Positions 62,211 to 64,000 of a stretch of 64,000 nucleotides of DNA are shown one piece after another. Position 1 is the stretch's first letter. Every line of letters begins with the position of its first letter. The DNA lies in assembly GCA_030141605.1 (NCBI GenBank), contig JAQGDQ010001078.1, positions 1-64,000 on the forward strand, in the 5' to 3' direction. Below the pieces are notes generated by a model that ran no database searches, had not been told where the DNA came from, and saw only the letters and a program-made list of their open reading frames with translations. A program made the translations under genes and the position numbers. The stretch is from Tubiluchus corallicola (taxonomy: Eukaryota; Animalia; Priapulida).

Positions 62211-64000
62211 AGGGTCTGCTATTGATTATGTTTTCCACTATACAAAATAGTGTATGTAGAGAGGGCCTGCTATTGATTATGTTTTCCACTATACAAAATA
62301 GTGTATGTAGAGAGGGTCTGCTATTGATTATGTTTTCCACTATACAAAATAGTGTATGTAGAGAGGGCCTGCTATTGATTATGTTTTCCACTATACAAAA
62401 TAGTGTATGTAGAGAGGGCCTGCTATTGATTATGTTTTCCACTATACAAAATAGTGTGTGTAGAGAGGGCCTGCTATTGATTATGTTTTCCACTATACGA
62501 AATAGTGTGTGTAAAGAGGGCCTGCTATTGATTATGTTTTCCACTATACGAAATAGTGTGTGTAAAGAGGGCCTGCTATTGATTATGTTTTCCACTATAC
62601 GAAATAGTGTGTAGAGAGGGTCTGCTATTGATTATGTTTTCCACTATACAAAATAGTGTGTGTAGAGAGGGCTTGCTATTGATTATGTTTTCCACTATAC
62701 AAAATAGTGTGTGTAAAGTGGGCCTGCTATTGATTATGTTTTCCACTATACAAAATAGTGTGTGTAAAGAGGGCCTGCTATTGATTATGTTTTCCACTAT
62801 ACAAAATAGTGTGTGTAGAGAGGGCCTGCTATTGATTATGTTTTCCACTATACGAAATAGTGTGTAGAGAGGGTCTGCTATTGATTATGTTTTCCACTAT
62901 ACAAAATAGTGTGTGTAGAGAGGGCCTGCTATTGATTATGTTTTCCACTATACAAAATAGTGTGTGTAGAGAGGGCCTGCTATTGATTATGTTTTCCACT
63001 ATACAAAATAGTGTGTGTAGAGAGGGCCTGCTATTGATTATGTTTTCCACTATACAAAATAGTGTGTGTAAGGGGCCTGCTATTGATTATGTTTACTATA
63101 CAAAATAGTGTGTGTAGAGAGGGCCTCTATTGATTATGTTTTCCACTATACGAAATAGTGTGTGTAGAGAGGGCCTGCTATTGATTATGTTTTCCACTAT
63201 ACGAAATAGTGTGTGTAGAGAGGGCCTGCTATTGATTATGTTTTCCACTATACAAAATAGTGTGTGTAGAGAGGGCCTGCTATTGATTATGTTTTCCACT
63301 ATACAAAATAGTGTGTGTAGAGAGGGCCTGCTATTGATTATGTTTTCCACTATACAAAATAGTGTGTGTAGAGAGGGCCTGCTATTGATTATGTTTTCCA
63401 CTATACAAAATAGTGTGTGTAGAGAGGGCCTGCTATTGATTATGTTTTCCACTATACAAAATAGTGTGTGTAGAGAGGGCCTGCTATTGATTATGTTTTC
63501 CACTATACAAAATAGTGTGTGTAGAGAGGGCCTGCTATTGATTATGTTTTCCACTATACAAAATAGTGTGTGTAGAGAGGGCCTGCTATTGATTATGTTT
63601 TCCACTATACAAAATAGTGTGTGTAGAGAGGGTCTGCTATTGATTATGTTTTCCACTATACAAAATAGTGTGTGTAGAGAGGGCCTGCTATTGATTATGT
63701 TTTCCACTATACAAAATAGTGTGTGTAGAGAGGGCCTGCTATTGATTATGTTTTCCACTATACAAAATAGTGTGTGTAGAGAGGGCCTGCTATTGATTAT
63801 GTTTTCCACTATACAAAATAGTGTGTGTAGAGAGGGCCTGCTATTGATTATGTTTTCCACTATACAAAATAGTGTGTGTAGAGAGGGCCTGCTATTGATT
63901 ATGTTTTCCACTATACAAAATAGTGTGTGTAGAGAGGGCCTGCTATTGATTATGTTTTCCACTATACAAAATAGTGTGTGTAGAGAGGGCCTGCTATTGA
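62161..64000. repeat. 51-bp tandem satellite, at least 36 copies, running off the window; derived from BEL/Pao integrase
   Basis: The unit encodes SLHTLFCIVENIINSRP on the minus strand and is contiguous and in frame with the integrase remnant. Confidence 0.97.

Overview
AT-rich, intron-containing genomic DNA from an animal, most likely an invertebrate; nothing prokaryotic and no CRISPR array. Assembling exons by hand gives two apparently intact minus-strand genes that the ORF track mostly misses. One is an 8-exon secreted pentraxin-domain gene (13353-16978, about 353 aa). The other is an 8-exon CHST15/GalNAc4S-6ST-like Golgi sulfotransferase (44579-59988, about 407 aa). Around them lie damaged intron-bearing gene relics: SLC10 transporter, DEG/ENaC last exon, PAN-domain exon, Arf-like GTPase, and a secreted EGF + collagen + Gly/Tyr-repeat gene. 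Transposon relics include TTAA MITEs, hAT, a Helitron pair, Tc1/mariner, several LINEs, a SINE and BEL/Pao, and tandem repeats are dense. The most notable pattern is that three arrays are in-frame amplifications of protein-coding DNA: 63 bp from a LINE ORF1, 51 bp from a BEL/Pao integrase and 57 bp from an ENaC exon. Also notable are a possible pyroGlu/amidated peptide fused to the pentraxin and a hidden 198-codon (GYDGYGKER)n frame. All family assignments come from recognising motifs by eye; no database searches were run.
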